A stretch of DNA of 59,002 nucleotides from a virus. Taxonomy: Duplodnaviria; Caudoviricetes. The stretch covers positions 1 through 59,002 of the IMG/VR virus record IMGVR_UViG_3300026302_000060. One strand, given 5' to 3'. Position numbers and translations under genes: made by a program. The notes below the pieces were generated by a model, which was given only the letters and a program-made list of their open reading frames with translations, did no database searches and was not told the origin of the DNA. Below are positions 9,156-17,773 of this stretch, piece by piece (within the stretch, counting starts at the first letter, position 1; every line of letters starts with the position of its first letter).

Positions 9156-9328
9156 GCTGACCTCTTTGATCTGGGTGCCGGTCTCTCCCGGCTGTCACGT
9201 CCATGCTCAGACGTTGCAGCTATCGTCCGCCCGATAGCCGGCCTACTCGGCTCTCCCGTCCAGCGGGCCGACCCCGTGTGTGTCCGCCGGTGATCCGCTG
9301 CGTTGCCCTCGGAGCCTTTCGCTCGGGA

Positions 9329-10307
9329 TCAGCTCTCCGGCGCGCCCTCGAAGGCAGGGAGACCGGTTGCCTTCGCGGCGCGGTCGAGGTCGGCCTGCAC
9401 CTGGTTGCGCAGCCAGAATTCCCAGCGATAGAGCTGATAGCCCCACGAGATCGAGCCGCCTGCCGCGCGATACCGGAGACGGGCGGGGATGCGCACCGGC
9501 TGGCCGTCGATGAAGGCGGGGATGGCGACCATGAAAATACCGGGGATATCGACCTTCTCACCCTTGGTGTTGGTGTGCTCCTCGACGAATTCGACCGTGC
9601 GTTCGCCAGAGGAGAGCCGCTCGGCCCGCTTGACGCGCGCGCCGACGAAGATTTCAAGGCTGCGGGAGAGGGCAATCAGCTCATTCGGCGCCGCGAATTT
9701 TTCCTTGAAAAGCCGCTCATACTCGTTGGCCTCAGCCACCAGCGGCACCGACAGCTCGGCAGCGTGCTCCTCGAGGAATGCCGCGAACTCCGCCTGCTCC
9801 ATCAGCTTGCCGTTGGCACCGATCCATGCCTTGAGCTCATCGGTGATCGGGAACGCATATTCGATACGATGCTTGAGGTGCGCAGGCTGGCTGTCGATCT
9901 GGTGATAATCGATCACCGCCGTCAGCTTCGGCTCCGGCCACTCCGTGCGGGCAAAAATCGCGCTGTGCTCGCTCTTGTGCCGATTGGCGAGGGCGATGAA
10001 GCTCTCGAGCGTGGTGATCTTGGCCGTGCCAGCGCGCCGTGCCGGGCGCTGGCGATAGCTTTCGATCACGTTTGCCAGCCCGCTGACGGAGGCATGGGAG
10101 GCCCGCGGATCAATCAGCAGCGGCACTTTTTGCCGGCAGGCCATCACCGAGGCCTTCGACCTCCAGTTCCCGGATCTCGATCTTGTTGGCATCGCGGGTC
10201 AGCTTCACGATTGCGTTCACGCCCTCGGCCTGATCGGGAATCGGGGTGGAGGCGAACGGCTGCAGTGTGGCGAAGGCTTCGCCTGCGAATTCGGCGGTGG
10301 GTTCCAT
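9329..10307 (-). pseudogene. DUF2303 (YfdQ-like) protein, split by +1 base in T5 run at 10127-10131
   Basis: ORF 10110-10307 and ORF 9329-10192 join as ..GDGLPAKVPLLIDP.. if one base is removed; AVIDYH, EFAAFLEE, ARLRYR motifs. Confidence 0.7.
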
Positions 10308-10330
10308 GACAGTTCTCCTTGAAAAGTTGC

Positions 10331-10672
10331 TCAGGCCGTCTCGCGGTCGCGGTCGGCGGTATCACGCGGGCCGAACATGTCGGCCTGGTTCGGGTGCTGG
10401 GTCGAAATGCCGCCCTCATAGGTCCAGAACGGAGTGCCGGAGAATGCTTTCTCTTCGGGCAGCTTCGACTTCACCGCCGGCTTGATATCGACATGGCCGC
10501 CGTCAAAATTCAGCGTGAGGCTGATGGTGATGGTGGCGCTGCCCTTCTCGTTCGGCAGGGCTTCGAGCGTGCGGATCGCTTCCTCGAAATGCTCGTCGCA
10601 CTTCTCGGCAAATTTGCCCCGGCTCAGGAGGCCAAGAACGTCGGTGAATCGGCGGATGGTGCGAATGGACAT
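10331..10672 (-). CDS. Conserved phage protein upstream of DUF2303 (YfdP-like position)
   Basis: MSIRTIRRFTDVLGLLSRG..ITISLTL..KSKLP..HPNQADMF. Confidence 0.6.
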   Translation of the reverse strand: MSIRTIRRFTDVLGLLSRGKFAEKCDEHFEEAIRTLEALPNEKGSATITISLTLNFDGGHVDIKPAVKSKLPEEKAFSGTPFWTYEGGISTQHPNQADMFGPRDTADRDRETA

Positions 10673-10683
10673 GGTATTATCCT

Positions 10684-11394
10684 TCAGGCGGCGGAGGGAC
10701 GCGGGCGGTTGAGCCGGGCGGGCGGCGTGAGATGCGGCAGGTATCGGCGGAGGCGATCCCGCCAGGCGTCCGCTGCATCCGGCCACGGCCAGACGGTGAG
10801 TTTGCCGTTGAGGCGGACAGGGCGGGCAGACTCGATGTCCTCTCCCCACGGGCGCGGCGACGGACCCAACAGGTGGCGACGCTCGGTGGAGAGCATCCGC
10901 AGGTCCATTTCCTTGACGGCGGCACGCACATCATCCGGCAGGGGCCATGCGATGCCGGCGGCGGCATGGATGGCGGTATCCACGTTATCCTTGAGGGCTT
11001 TCAGCCCCGCGTAGGCGCAGCGCTTCCCCTCGGCGTATGCCTTTTTCGGGTCAAACCCGGCATCGCTGCGCAGCATGGTGTTGCCCGCTGCGCAGGCCCC
11101 CGCATAGGCGGCCAGCGCATGGGAGACGGGCGTTGCCATGTCGCCCACGTAAGCTTCGTGGGCGTCGTGCAGGAGAAACGCGGCGGCGATCTCGGTGCGG
11201 CCTGTTTCGCGCAGGAGCGCATCAGCCCCCAGCACGCAATGCTGGGCGACTGAATAGCTGCCAGAGCGGATGTGCCCGGTGAAGCGCGGCTGGCGCGCAA
11301 GGCTTTCGGCGATATCCACCTCGAAATCCACCATCTCCGGGCGGGGATCGATGAGATCGAAGGCAATGCCGGTGGCGGTCTGGATCCATGTCAT
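10684..11394 (-). CDS. HD-domain phosphohydrolase (YfbR/YfdR-like 5'-deoxynucleotidase)
   Basis: WIQTATG, RFTGH, YSVAQH, LLHDAHEAYVGD. Confidence 0.85.
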   Translation of the reverse strand: MTWIQTATGIAFDLIDPRPEMVDFEVDIAESLARQPRFTGHIRSGSYSVAQHCVLGADALLRETGRTEIAAAFLLHDAHEAYVGDMATPVSHALAAYAGACAAGNTMLRSDAGFDPKKAYAEGKRCAYAGLKALKDNVDTAIHAAAGIAWPLPDDVRAAVKEMDLRMLSTERRHLLGPSPRPWGEDIESARPVRLNGKLTVWPWPDAADAWRDRLRRYLPHLTPPARLNRPRPSAA

Positions 11395-11597
11395 TGGCCC
11401 GCCTCCGGCTTCTTTTCGGATAAGACGCACCGAAAGGCCCCATCCCGCGCCCCGCGGGTGTCGCCATCCCAGCGCACGCTGGTCACTTTCGGCGCGCAGC
11501 CGTCCTTGTGCGATGAGTCCAGCAGCATCTGCACGGCGGCGATGACTGTTGCCTCGTTGATCAGCATTTCGTTGTTACCGATGAGTTTGGCTGTCAT
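11391..11597 (-). CDS. Hypothetical phage protein
   Basis: Operon position, 4-nt overlap with HD gene. Confidence 0.5.
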   Translation of the reverse strand: MTAKLIGNNEMLINEATVIAAVQMLLDSSHKDGCAPKVTSVRWDGDTRGARDGAFRCVLSEKKPEAGQ

Positions 11598-11606
11598 GGC
11601 GCGACC

Positions 11607-11930
11607 TCAGATCGTGCCGCGCAAGGCGGGGCCGGCCAGACCGTAGAGCAGGATGAGCGTTGAACCCGCCAGCGCCAGCAGAAGGGCGATGATGCTGCCG
11701 ATTTCGTTGCGATCCAGCGTGGCCTCATATTCGGCCATCAACCGCCGCGTTTCGAGACAGGGGGCCTTGTGGAGATCAATCGCCCGCCAGCCCCATGAAA
11801 GGAGCGTGGGGATGCGCTCCTTTTCCGGCAGGGCGCGCAGATGATTGATATCTTCCGCCAGCACATCGAAACGGACGGGATCGATGCGGGCAGCGGAAAA
11901 GGCAGAAGCCATGGAGGTGTGCGCCAGCAT
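11607..11930 (-). CDS. Hypothetical protein with C-terminal TM helix
   Basis: MLAHTSMAS..IGSIIALLLALAGSTLILLYG. Confidence 0.5.
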   Translation of the reverse strand: MLAHTSMASAFSAARIDPVRFDVLAEDINHLRALPEKERIPTLLSWGWRAIDLHKAPCLETRRLMAEYEATLDRNEIGSIIALLLALAGSTLILLYGLAGPALRGTI

Positions 11931-12168
11931 CACGCAGCCCTCCGCTTCATGGCGTTGCGCCGCGCACCGCGATAGGTCAAGGCCGGGCGTCCGCCACCAC
12001 GCGTGGAATGGCGTCGCCAGTTGAAATGGTCGATTTTCGCCGGCACGCCGGGGCGGCCACGGGGCACAGCCTTGCGGCCCGGAACCATGGATTTGCCGAA
12101 GAGGCGGTTGAAAGACAGGCTGTTGAGCGCCAGACGCACAGGTGCGAGATCCAGAAAGCGGCCAAACA

Positions 12169-12534
12169 TCACGCCACCTCGTTCGCAAGGTCGCGGGCGC
12201 GGTCGGTCTGAATTTCGCTCTCTTCTGCTGATACCCTCCGGACTACGCTCGTCCGGGGATCAGCATCTGCCTCAAGCAGGCGGGCCGCGGCAAGACCGTG
12301 GCGCTGCACCTGCTCGCGGGCCCAGCCGAAGACGAGGTAATCCTCGGTGGTGATGACGGCGTCGACCCCGCGCGCCTTGAGCATGGCGCGCAGATCCTCG
12401 GCCAGACGCTCGCGGATGGCATGGGGGTGGCGCATTTCCGCGCGGGCGGTGGGCCAGAAGGCACCATCATCCGAGAGCTTCTTGCGCTCGAAGTCATAGG
12501 AAGGGAGTTCGGCGAGGGACAAGGGAGCCTCCAT
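12169..12534 (-). CDS. Hypothetical protein, first gene downstream of PL
   Basis: 121-aa ORF just downstream of the operator/promoter at 12559-12602. Confidence 0.5.
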   Translation of the reverse strand: MEAPLSLAELPSYDFERKKLSDDGAFWPTARAEMRHPHAIRERLAEDLRAMLKARGVDAVITTEDYLVFGWAREQVQRHGLAAARLLEADADPRTSVVRRVSAEESEIQTDRARDLANEVA

Positions 12535-12558
12535 CGGGGTTGATGGAGGGACCGTAAT

Positions 12559-12602
12559 GAGAGAAATTTATCTCGTCAAGCCAAATGGCGTAAATTTATC
12601 TC
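12559..12602 (-). promoter_or_regulatory. OL/PL-like operators and leftward promoter
   Basis: GAGAGAAATTTATCTC (12559-12574) and GGCGTAAATTTATCTC (12587-12602) flank a minus-strand TTGAC; match the OR palindrome. Confidence 0.75.
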
Positions 12603-13248
12603 ATATATTTTCAAACCACTCATCAAGCGCAGCGACGGCTGCGCCGCACGACGAGAACGATGACGCATGGTTTCCACGCAAAACCACCCAGTTGCGGGCT
12701 CGTGGTACAGCCGTTGTCACCTCCCGCAGCTCGCCGTCAGTCGCCATAACGAAATGAGTTTCAAGGCGTGCCTCGGAATAACAAAAAGATGCAATTGGTT
12801 GTTTTAGCGGTTTTCCGTGTTTTCCAATCTTGTGTATAGATATGCCACCCCTGTTTTTGTCGTAATCGTCAGGATCAATTGACATAAGAACAAAGTTTTT
12901 ATCTTTCGAACGTCGCGCAATATGAATTAGAGCGGCGTCCAATGTGTTTATGCTTGATGGGTGCCGCTTGCTTGCGGCTGGCTGATGCAATAATGCATCC
13001 GACAGTAGCGGACTACCTTCTGAACGAGGCTGTAATATTTTTAGATTTTCATCGCCACCGGTAAGGTTTGTTACATCTCCGACAAGCAACGCAGAAACGT
13101 GCTTACAAAAATACCCTCCGCGACTGAAGGCAGGGCAAGTGCAAAACGAGCGAAGAGAAGCGCCTGCCCCCTCGAACGTAACCCTGTATGGCTTTTTTGC
13201 GCTCCCTTGGACGAAGAAGTAAATCATATCTTCGCCTTCAGAGATCAT
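12601..13248 (-). CDS. SWIM zinc-finger domain protein
   Basis: Y.VT..CTCP......CKH SWIM motif; AT-richer than flanks; overlaps cI stop. Confidence 0.75.
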   Translation of the reverse strand: MISEGEDMIYFFVQGSAKKPYRVTFEGAGASLRSFCTCPAFSRGGYFCKHVSALLVGDVTNLTGGDENLKILQPRSEGSPLLSDALLHQPAASKRHPSSINTLDAALIHIARRSKDKNFVLMSIDPDDYDKNRGGISIHKIGKHGKPLKQPIASFCYSEARLETHFVMATDGELREVTTAVPRARNWVVLRGNHASSFSSCGAAVAALDEWFENI

Positions 13249-13882
13249 GAATCACCCGCGTGACGCGTCCGACAACGCGAACCGGACCGGCAATATTGAT
13301 TGCGTGATGCTCTGGATTGTTTGAAAAGGGCTCAAGCCTCGGCGGCCAATCCTCCCTAAATCTCTTGAAGGTTGCGGCGTCGCCGTTCTCTGTAGCTGCA
13401 ACATAGAATTTTTTGTCGCGCAGGTCTTTCTCAGAGCGATTGACGATGATCGTGCTGCCGTCGGGCGCGATGCGATCCATCGAGTCCCCCACAACATCTA
13501 GAGCGATGTGATCTCCTGGCGGGAGATTGGCAACCTGCACGAAACCCGAAGCCTGCCCGCTTTCAACTGTTTCTGTTTCAGCGAATGCGCCTGCCGCGAC
13601 CCATGAGAGGCGTGGCACGAGTGTTATATCTTCACTGAGATCCGGCTCATCGATAAGCCGCGCTCCGGTGCCATTCACGAGATATGATAGCCGCAACCCC
13701 AACGCGTCGCAAATCAGGATCAGGTTGTCCGTTGTCGGCCAAACGTCGGTTTTCCGAATAATCTGCCCCAACCATTCGCGGGGCTTATCGGCCGCGACCG
13801 AGATTGCATTGGCGGTTGTGCCCATCTCGGCCAGCCGCATCTTGATGCGCTCGGACATGCCTTGTTTTGTTGGTCTGATCAT
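13238..13882 (-). CDS. CI-like repressor (XRE HTH plus S24 peptidase)
   Basis: N-terminal HTH, VAAG cleavage site, VVGDSM catalytic Ser, ATFKR catalytic Lys. Confidence 0.9.
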   Translation of the reverse strand: MIRPTKQGMSERIKMRLAEMGTTANAISVAADKPREWLGQIIRKTDVWPTTDNLILICDALGLRLSYLVNGTGARLIDEPDLSEDITLVPRLSWVAAGAFAETETVESGQASGFVQVANLPPGDHIALDVVGDSMDRIAPDGSTIIVNRSEKDLRDKKFYVAATENGDAATFKRFREDWPPRLEPFSNNPEHHAINIAGPVRVVGRVTRVIHDL

Positions 13883-13918
13883 GGCGCGATTTTAATATCC
13901 CTCCATAAAATCGGATAT

Positions 13919-13957
13919 GAGATAAAAATACCCTTGACGTAGAGATATTTTTATCTC
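13919..13957. promoter_or_regulatory. OR/PR-like operators and promoter
   Basis: GAGATA-TTTT-TATCTC (13942-13957), variant GAGATAAAAATACCCT (13919-13934), TTGACG at 13934. Confidence 0.8.
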
Positions 13958-13970
13958 AATTCATTGGGCC

Positions 13971-14231
13971 ATGAACCCGATCAACAACCTTCTTCGCCTC
14001 GTCAGCGTCTTTGCGTCCGCCCGTAAGGTTTCAGATGCGCGGGCATCGACCCTCATTTTCGGTGACGGCACGCGCGTAAAGCATCTTCGCTCAGGCGGTG
14101 ATATGGGCGTTAAGCGCGTCGAGCGCGCGATGGTGTGGCTGTCCGGCAATTGGCCGGAAGGGGCTATCTGGCCCGACGATATTTCGCGCCCCGCGCCTCA
14201 CTCGCCCTCCGAAGTGGAAGAGGCCGCGTGA
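13971..14231 (+). CDS. Cro-like protein
   Basis: Small ORF divergent from cI; ..STLIFGDG..LRSGGD..AMVWLSGNWPEGAIWP. Confidence 0.7.
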   Translation: MNPINNLLRLVSVFASARKVSDARASTLIFGDGTRVKHLRSGGDMGVKRVERAMVWLSGNWPEGAIWPDDISRPAPHSPSEVEEAA

Positions 14232-14242
14232 TGAGCTCCTTT

Positions 14243-14590
14243 TCAGCTTTCCCGGTCCTCGAACCCGCACTGGTCGCATTTGAAAACCCGGATGCGGGTG
14301 CCGCTGTCGTTAAAGACGGCAAAGGCCCCCGTCATTTTTTCTTCCCGATCAAGGCGGCGGTGGCCGATGCCGCATTTCGCGCAAATCGGCAATGCCGGCC
14401 GTTGCTCCAGCGCCGCAAGACGCCTTTCCAGCTCGTCAACCCGGCGAGGCAGTTCGGCAATCCGCCTCCAGATCGGAATTTTCTCCAGCAGCGGGAGGAG
14501 GTCTTTCATGTCAACTGATGGAAGTTTCACGGGTTCATCTCCGGATGGTCTTGCTGCGATCCTGCGCGAGATTATCGCCGCGGGTCTCAA
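14243..14590 (-). CDS. Small coiled-coil plus Cys4 zinc-ribbon protein, antisense to early-right operon (start uncertain)
   Basis: RVDELERRLAALE, CAKC..CDQC. Confidence 0.5.
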   Translation of the reverse strand: MRPAAIISRRIAARPSGDEPVKLPSVDMKDLLPLLEKIPIWRRIAELPRRVDELERRLAALEQRPALPICAKCGIGHRRLDREEKMTGAFAVFNDSGTRIRVFKCDQCGFEDRES

Positions 14591-14780
14591 GGTTGAAAGC
14601 GTTACCTATCATCTGCGTCCCGGCGGGCCAGCGATCGTGATCGGGACTGACGGTCGGCCGACCGCATCTCAAGCGCCAGAGCCCGACCGTGGGCTTCCTG
14701 ATCTCTCACGGCTTCCGGGGGCGGCTTTTGTGCGTCTGCCATCTGATGTCTCCGTTCTCGGGGGTGGAGATCGATCATGA
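14508..14780 (+). CDS. Hypothetical protein
   Basis: GGAGG SD ahead of ATG 14508; MSTDGSFTG.. Confidence 0.4.
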   Translation: MSTDGSFTGSSPDGLAAILREIIAAGLKVESVTYHLRPGGPAIVIGTDGRPTASQAPEPDRGLPDLSRLPGAAFVRLPSDVSVLGGGDRS

Positions 14781-15002
14781 CTTCCAGCCTTCGTTTTCGC
14801 CAGCGCCACAAGGGCACTTTTCAGCTTTTCCCGTGCCGCGCGCCGACGGAGTTCCCGCTCCGTCGCGCCGCCGGGTTCACCGTGCTCGGGGGGTGCTGAC
14901 ATGGCTGTTTCCTCCCCCGTCTTTGCCACTGCTTTCTCTCCTTCTGTCTGCTCCGGCGCTTCGTGCGCCGCCCCTTCGACGCTTTCAGCATCGGAGGTTT
15001 TC

Positions 15003-15410
15003 ATGGGACAGTCTTCTCCTAAATCGGGGACACATTTCCCCAAACTCGGGGAAAGTTTTCCCCGGAGCAGGGGACAGTTGTCCCCGGAATGCGCTGACAG
15101 GGCTGTGGCCTTTCTGCGCGCGCAGCACCCGGCGAAGCCGGCAGAGGAAATCGAGGCCGCGACCGGTGGGCGGGTTTCGGCCGCCACGGCCAAAAAATGG
15201 CTTTCGCGGACCTCGGCCCCCTCCTTCTTCGCGTGCATCGCGCTGATTTCTGCCTATGGCCCCGCTTTTCTCGCCGCCGTGATGGATGAGCAGCCTGAAT
15301 GGCTGAGCGCCGCAACGCGCGCCGAGCGCCTCGCCACGCTGGAAGCGGAATCCCGCCGGATCGAGGCGGAGCGTGCGCGGCTCTCTGTCCTGCTGGGTCG
15401 GGGGGCGTGA
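15003..15410 (+). CDS. CII-position HTH-like regulator
   Basis: GGAGG SD; ..EIEAATGGRVSAATAKKWL..P..LISAYGPAFLAAV. Confidence 0.55.
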   Translation: MGQSSPKSGTHFPKLGESFPRSRGQLSPECADRAVAFLRAQHPAKPAEEIEAATGGRVSAATAKKWLSRTSAPSFFACIALISAYGPAFLAAVMDEQPEWLSAATRAERLATLEAESRRIEAERARLSVLLGRGA

Positions 15411-15544
15411 TGCGCTTGGTCTTTGCGGCTCTCTTTCACTTCTTCCGCACGGTGGCCGCGCTTTCGCTGGCGGCCTCGCGCCTGTGCAACGGGATTGCCG
15501 AGTGGTGCCTGCGCCGCGCGGTCGAGGTCAACGGGAGGTTCTGA
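15410..15544 (+). CDS. Small hydrophobic hypothetical protein
   Basis: TGATG coupling; MRLVFAALFHFFRTV.. Confidence 0.4.
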   Translation: MRLVFAALFHFFRTVAALSLAASRLCNGIAEWCLRRAVEVNGRF

Positions 15545-15549
15545 TCATA

Positions 15550-15879
15550 ATGTCCATCGCCTCCGCTGCTGGAAAGCCCTCCGCCCCCGATGCTGAAAAG
15601 CCCCTGCAGGAAAAGCCTCTGACAGTGCTGGAGATCCTCGTGCATCTGCGCGGGGCGGCGGATGAATATGACATCGCCTCGCTCTATTACGCCAACATGC
15701 TGATGCCCGCGCCGTTCGCCGGCCAGCACCGCGCACTGGTGGAGCAGGCGGCGCGGCAATCCCTCGCGCTGCGTGAGGTGGGTGCGATCCTCGAGGCGCT
15801 GGCACGCCTGCCTGCTGCCACGCAACTGAGCCTCGGTTTGCCGGTGCTGGGCGCTGCTGTGTCAGGGGTGGCCGCATGA
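15550..15879 (+). CDS. Hypothetical phage protein
   Basis: MSIASAAGKP..; ATGA overlap with next gene. Confidence 0.45.
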   Translation: MSIASAAGKPSAPDAEKPLQEKPLTVLEILVHLRGAADEYDIASLYYANMLMPAPFAGQHRALVEQAARQSLALREVGAILEALARLPAATQLSLGLPVLGAAVSGVAA

Positions 15880-16115
15880 TGGATATCTCGGTCGAGATCA
15901 TCCGGGGGCGCCCCGTCCGCATTGCGCGGCGCAACCTGCGGCGCGTTATCCGGCTGGCGCATCGCCTCGCCGCCATGGGCTGGCCGCGCCATGCTATCCG
16001 CCGGGCGTGTCGCCTGTCGCCCGCCGGGTTGGCGCGTGCGCTGCGTCCCGGCATCAACGGGTTGTGGGGCCACCATGCAACGCGCATCGCGCGGGAATTG
16101 CGGGGTGCCGCATGA
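15876..16115 (+). CDS. Small basic HTH-like protein
   Basis: ..LAAMGWPRHAIRRACRLSPAGLARAL; ATGA overlaps on both sides. Confidence 0.5.
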   Translation: MMDISVEIIRGRPVRIARRNLRRVIRLAHRLAAMGWPRHAIRRACRLSPAGLARALRPGINGLWGHHATRIARELRGAA

Positions 16116-17125
16116 CAATGCTGACTGCCGCTCTCGCCTACGCCCGCCACGGATTTCCTGTTTTTCCCTGCAACCCGACACTCGACAAGGCGCGGGGTTC
16201 CAAAGCACCACTGCTGCGACGCGAAACCTCGCCCGGCGCAAAGGATGGCGGGCACTGGCTCGCCTCGAGAGACGATGAGATTGTCTCGCGCTGGTGGAAT
16301 CGTCACCCGAACGCCTTGATCGGCTTTCCGACCGGCAACCGCACCGGGGCTGTGGTGATCGACCTCGATCCGCGCGACGTGCCGGTAACTGTGATGCTCG
16401 AGGTGCTCGGCACGTGGTGCGGCGGGGGGCTTTCGTGGGTGGATCAGACAACCGGCGAGGTTGTTTCGCCTGCCATTGCCCAGACGCAAAGCGGCGGTCT
16501 GCACCTCTATTTTGATCACGAGGGCCGCACGGGTGAGCCCGGCGGCAACCGCACCGGACTGTTCTCCCGCTTCATCAAGACCGGCGAAGCCCCTCGCGAG
16601 CTCGACCATATCGATGTGCGCGGCGAAGGCGGATATGTCATCGCGCCGCCCTCGGTGATGGAGGGCGGCAACGCCTATACTTTCCTGCGCAAGCCCGCCC
16701 GCAATGAGGATGGTAGCTGGCTGCTGCCGCCGCTTCCGCCCACCCTGCGCCGGGTGGTGACGCGCGAGCGTCTTCCGCGCGAGCCGAAGCGGGAGCCGGT
16801 GGCGCGCCAGCACCGGGGTGCACATCAGGGTCAAGGGGATGTTGCGCGCTATGTCGAGAAGCGCATCGACGGCATCCTTCGCAGTGTCTCTTCGGCACCG
16901 GAGGGCCAGCGCGCCTCGACCATCTTCTGGGCCGCGTGCCGCCTCGGCGAGCTGGTGCTCGGCGGGTTTCTCGGCCTTGGCGAAGCACGGGGGCTGCTGC
17001 TCGGCAACCTGCCGACCGGGGTCTCCCCAGCGGAGCCAAAAGCCCTTTCCACCATCGACAATGGCCTTTCCCTGCCCAGCCTTTCGGCCTGGACGGCGGA
17101 TATGATGACGAGGCGCGCAGCATGA
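16112..17125 (+). CDS. Bifunctional DNA primase/polymerase (Prim-Pol, AEP superfamily)
   Basis: ALAYARHGFPVFP, NALIGFPTG, VVIDLD, TQSGGLHLYF, IDVRGEGGYVIAPPS. Confidence 0.88.
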   Translation: MTMLTAALAYARHGFPVFPCNPTLDKARGSKAPLLRRETSPGAKDGGHWLASRDDEIVSRWWNRHPNALIGFPTGNRTGAVVIDLDPRDVPVTVMLEVLGTWCGGGLSWVDQTTGEVVSPAIAQTQSGGLHLYFDHEGRTGEPGGNRTGLFSRFIKTGEAPRELDHIDVRGEGGYVIAPPSVMEGGNAYTFLRKPARNEDGSWLLPPLPPTLRRVVTRERLPREPKREPVARQHRGAHQGQGDVARYVEKRIDGILRSVSSAPEGQRASTIFWAACRLGELVLGGFLGLGEARGLLLGNLPTGVSPAEPKALSTIDNGLSLPSLSAWTADMMTRRAA

Positions 17126-17773
17126 GCAACACATCAACTGCCGTGATGCAGCGCAGGGCAGCGCCTGCGCGGGGGCTGGATTACTTCCCGACGCCGCCAT
17201 GGGCAACCCGCGCCTTTCTGGCTGAGGTGCTGCAGCAGGAATTCGCGCCTCATTGCTTCGGCTCTGTGTGGGAACCTGCGGCTGGGGGGGGGGCATATGG
17301 CGCACGTTCTCTCTGAATTCTTCCCCAAAGTGCGGGCCTCCGATGTGGAGGATTACGGCTGCGGTTTCGAGGTTGGCTCCTACATCGGTGCCGGGCCCGA
17401 CGTGATCGAGGCGGATCGCCATGGCTGGATGATCACCAACCCGCCCTTCAATCTGGCGGTGGAATTTGCCGAGCGCGGGCTGCACGAAGCCTCCATCGGT
17501 GTTGCGCTGCTGCTGCGCACGAGCTGGATGGAGGGCGCGGAGCGCTACACCCGTCTGTTCCGGGAACGGCCGCCGCGCATCATCGCGCAATATTGCGAGC
17601 GCGTGCCCATGGTGGCCGGGCGCTGGGACCCTGCCGCCGCCTCGGCAACCTCCTATGCGTGGTTTGTGTGGCATCGGGCTCACCGCGACAAGGAAACGAG
17701 GTTGGTGTGGATCGCGCCCGGCGCAAAAGCCCGCAACTGGCGTGATGATGATCTCAAAAGGTGGGCGGCGTAA
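17122..17773 (+). pseudogene. Amino-DNA methyltransferase (m6A/m4C), out of frame at G10 tract 17284-17293
   Basis: DYFPTPPW and WEPAAG in one frame, HMAHVL..ITNPPF in the next; G9 gives a single 216-aa ORF. Confidence 0.8.

Noticed and set aside
11931-12168. Possible structured RNA or small ORF in the early-left leader
   Set aside because: Only short GC-rich stems and several conflicting ORFs; could not support one call
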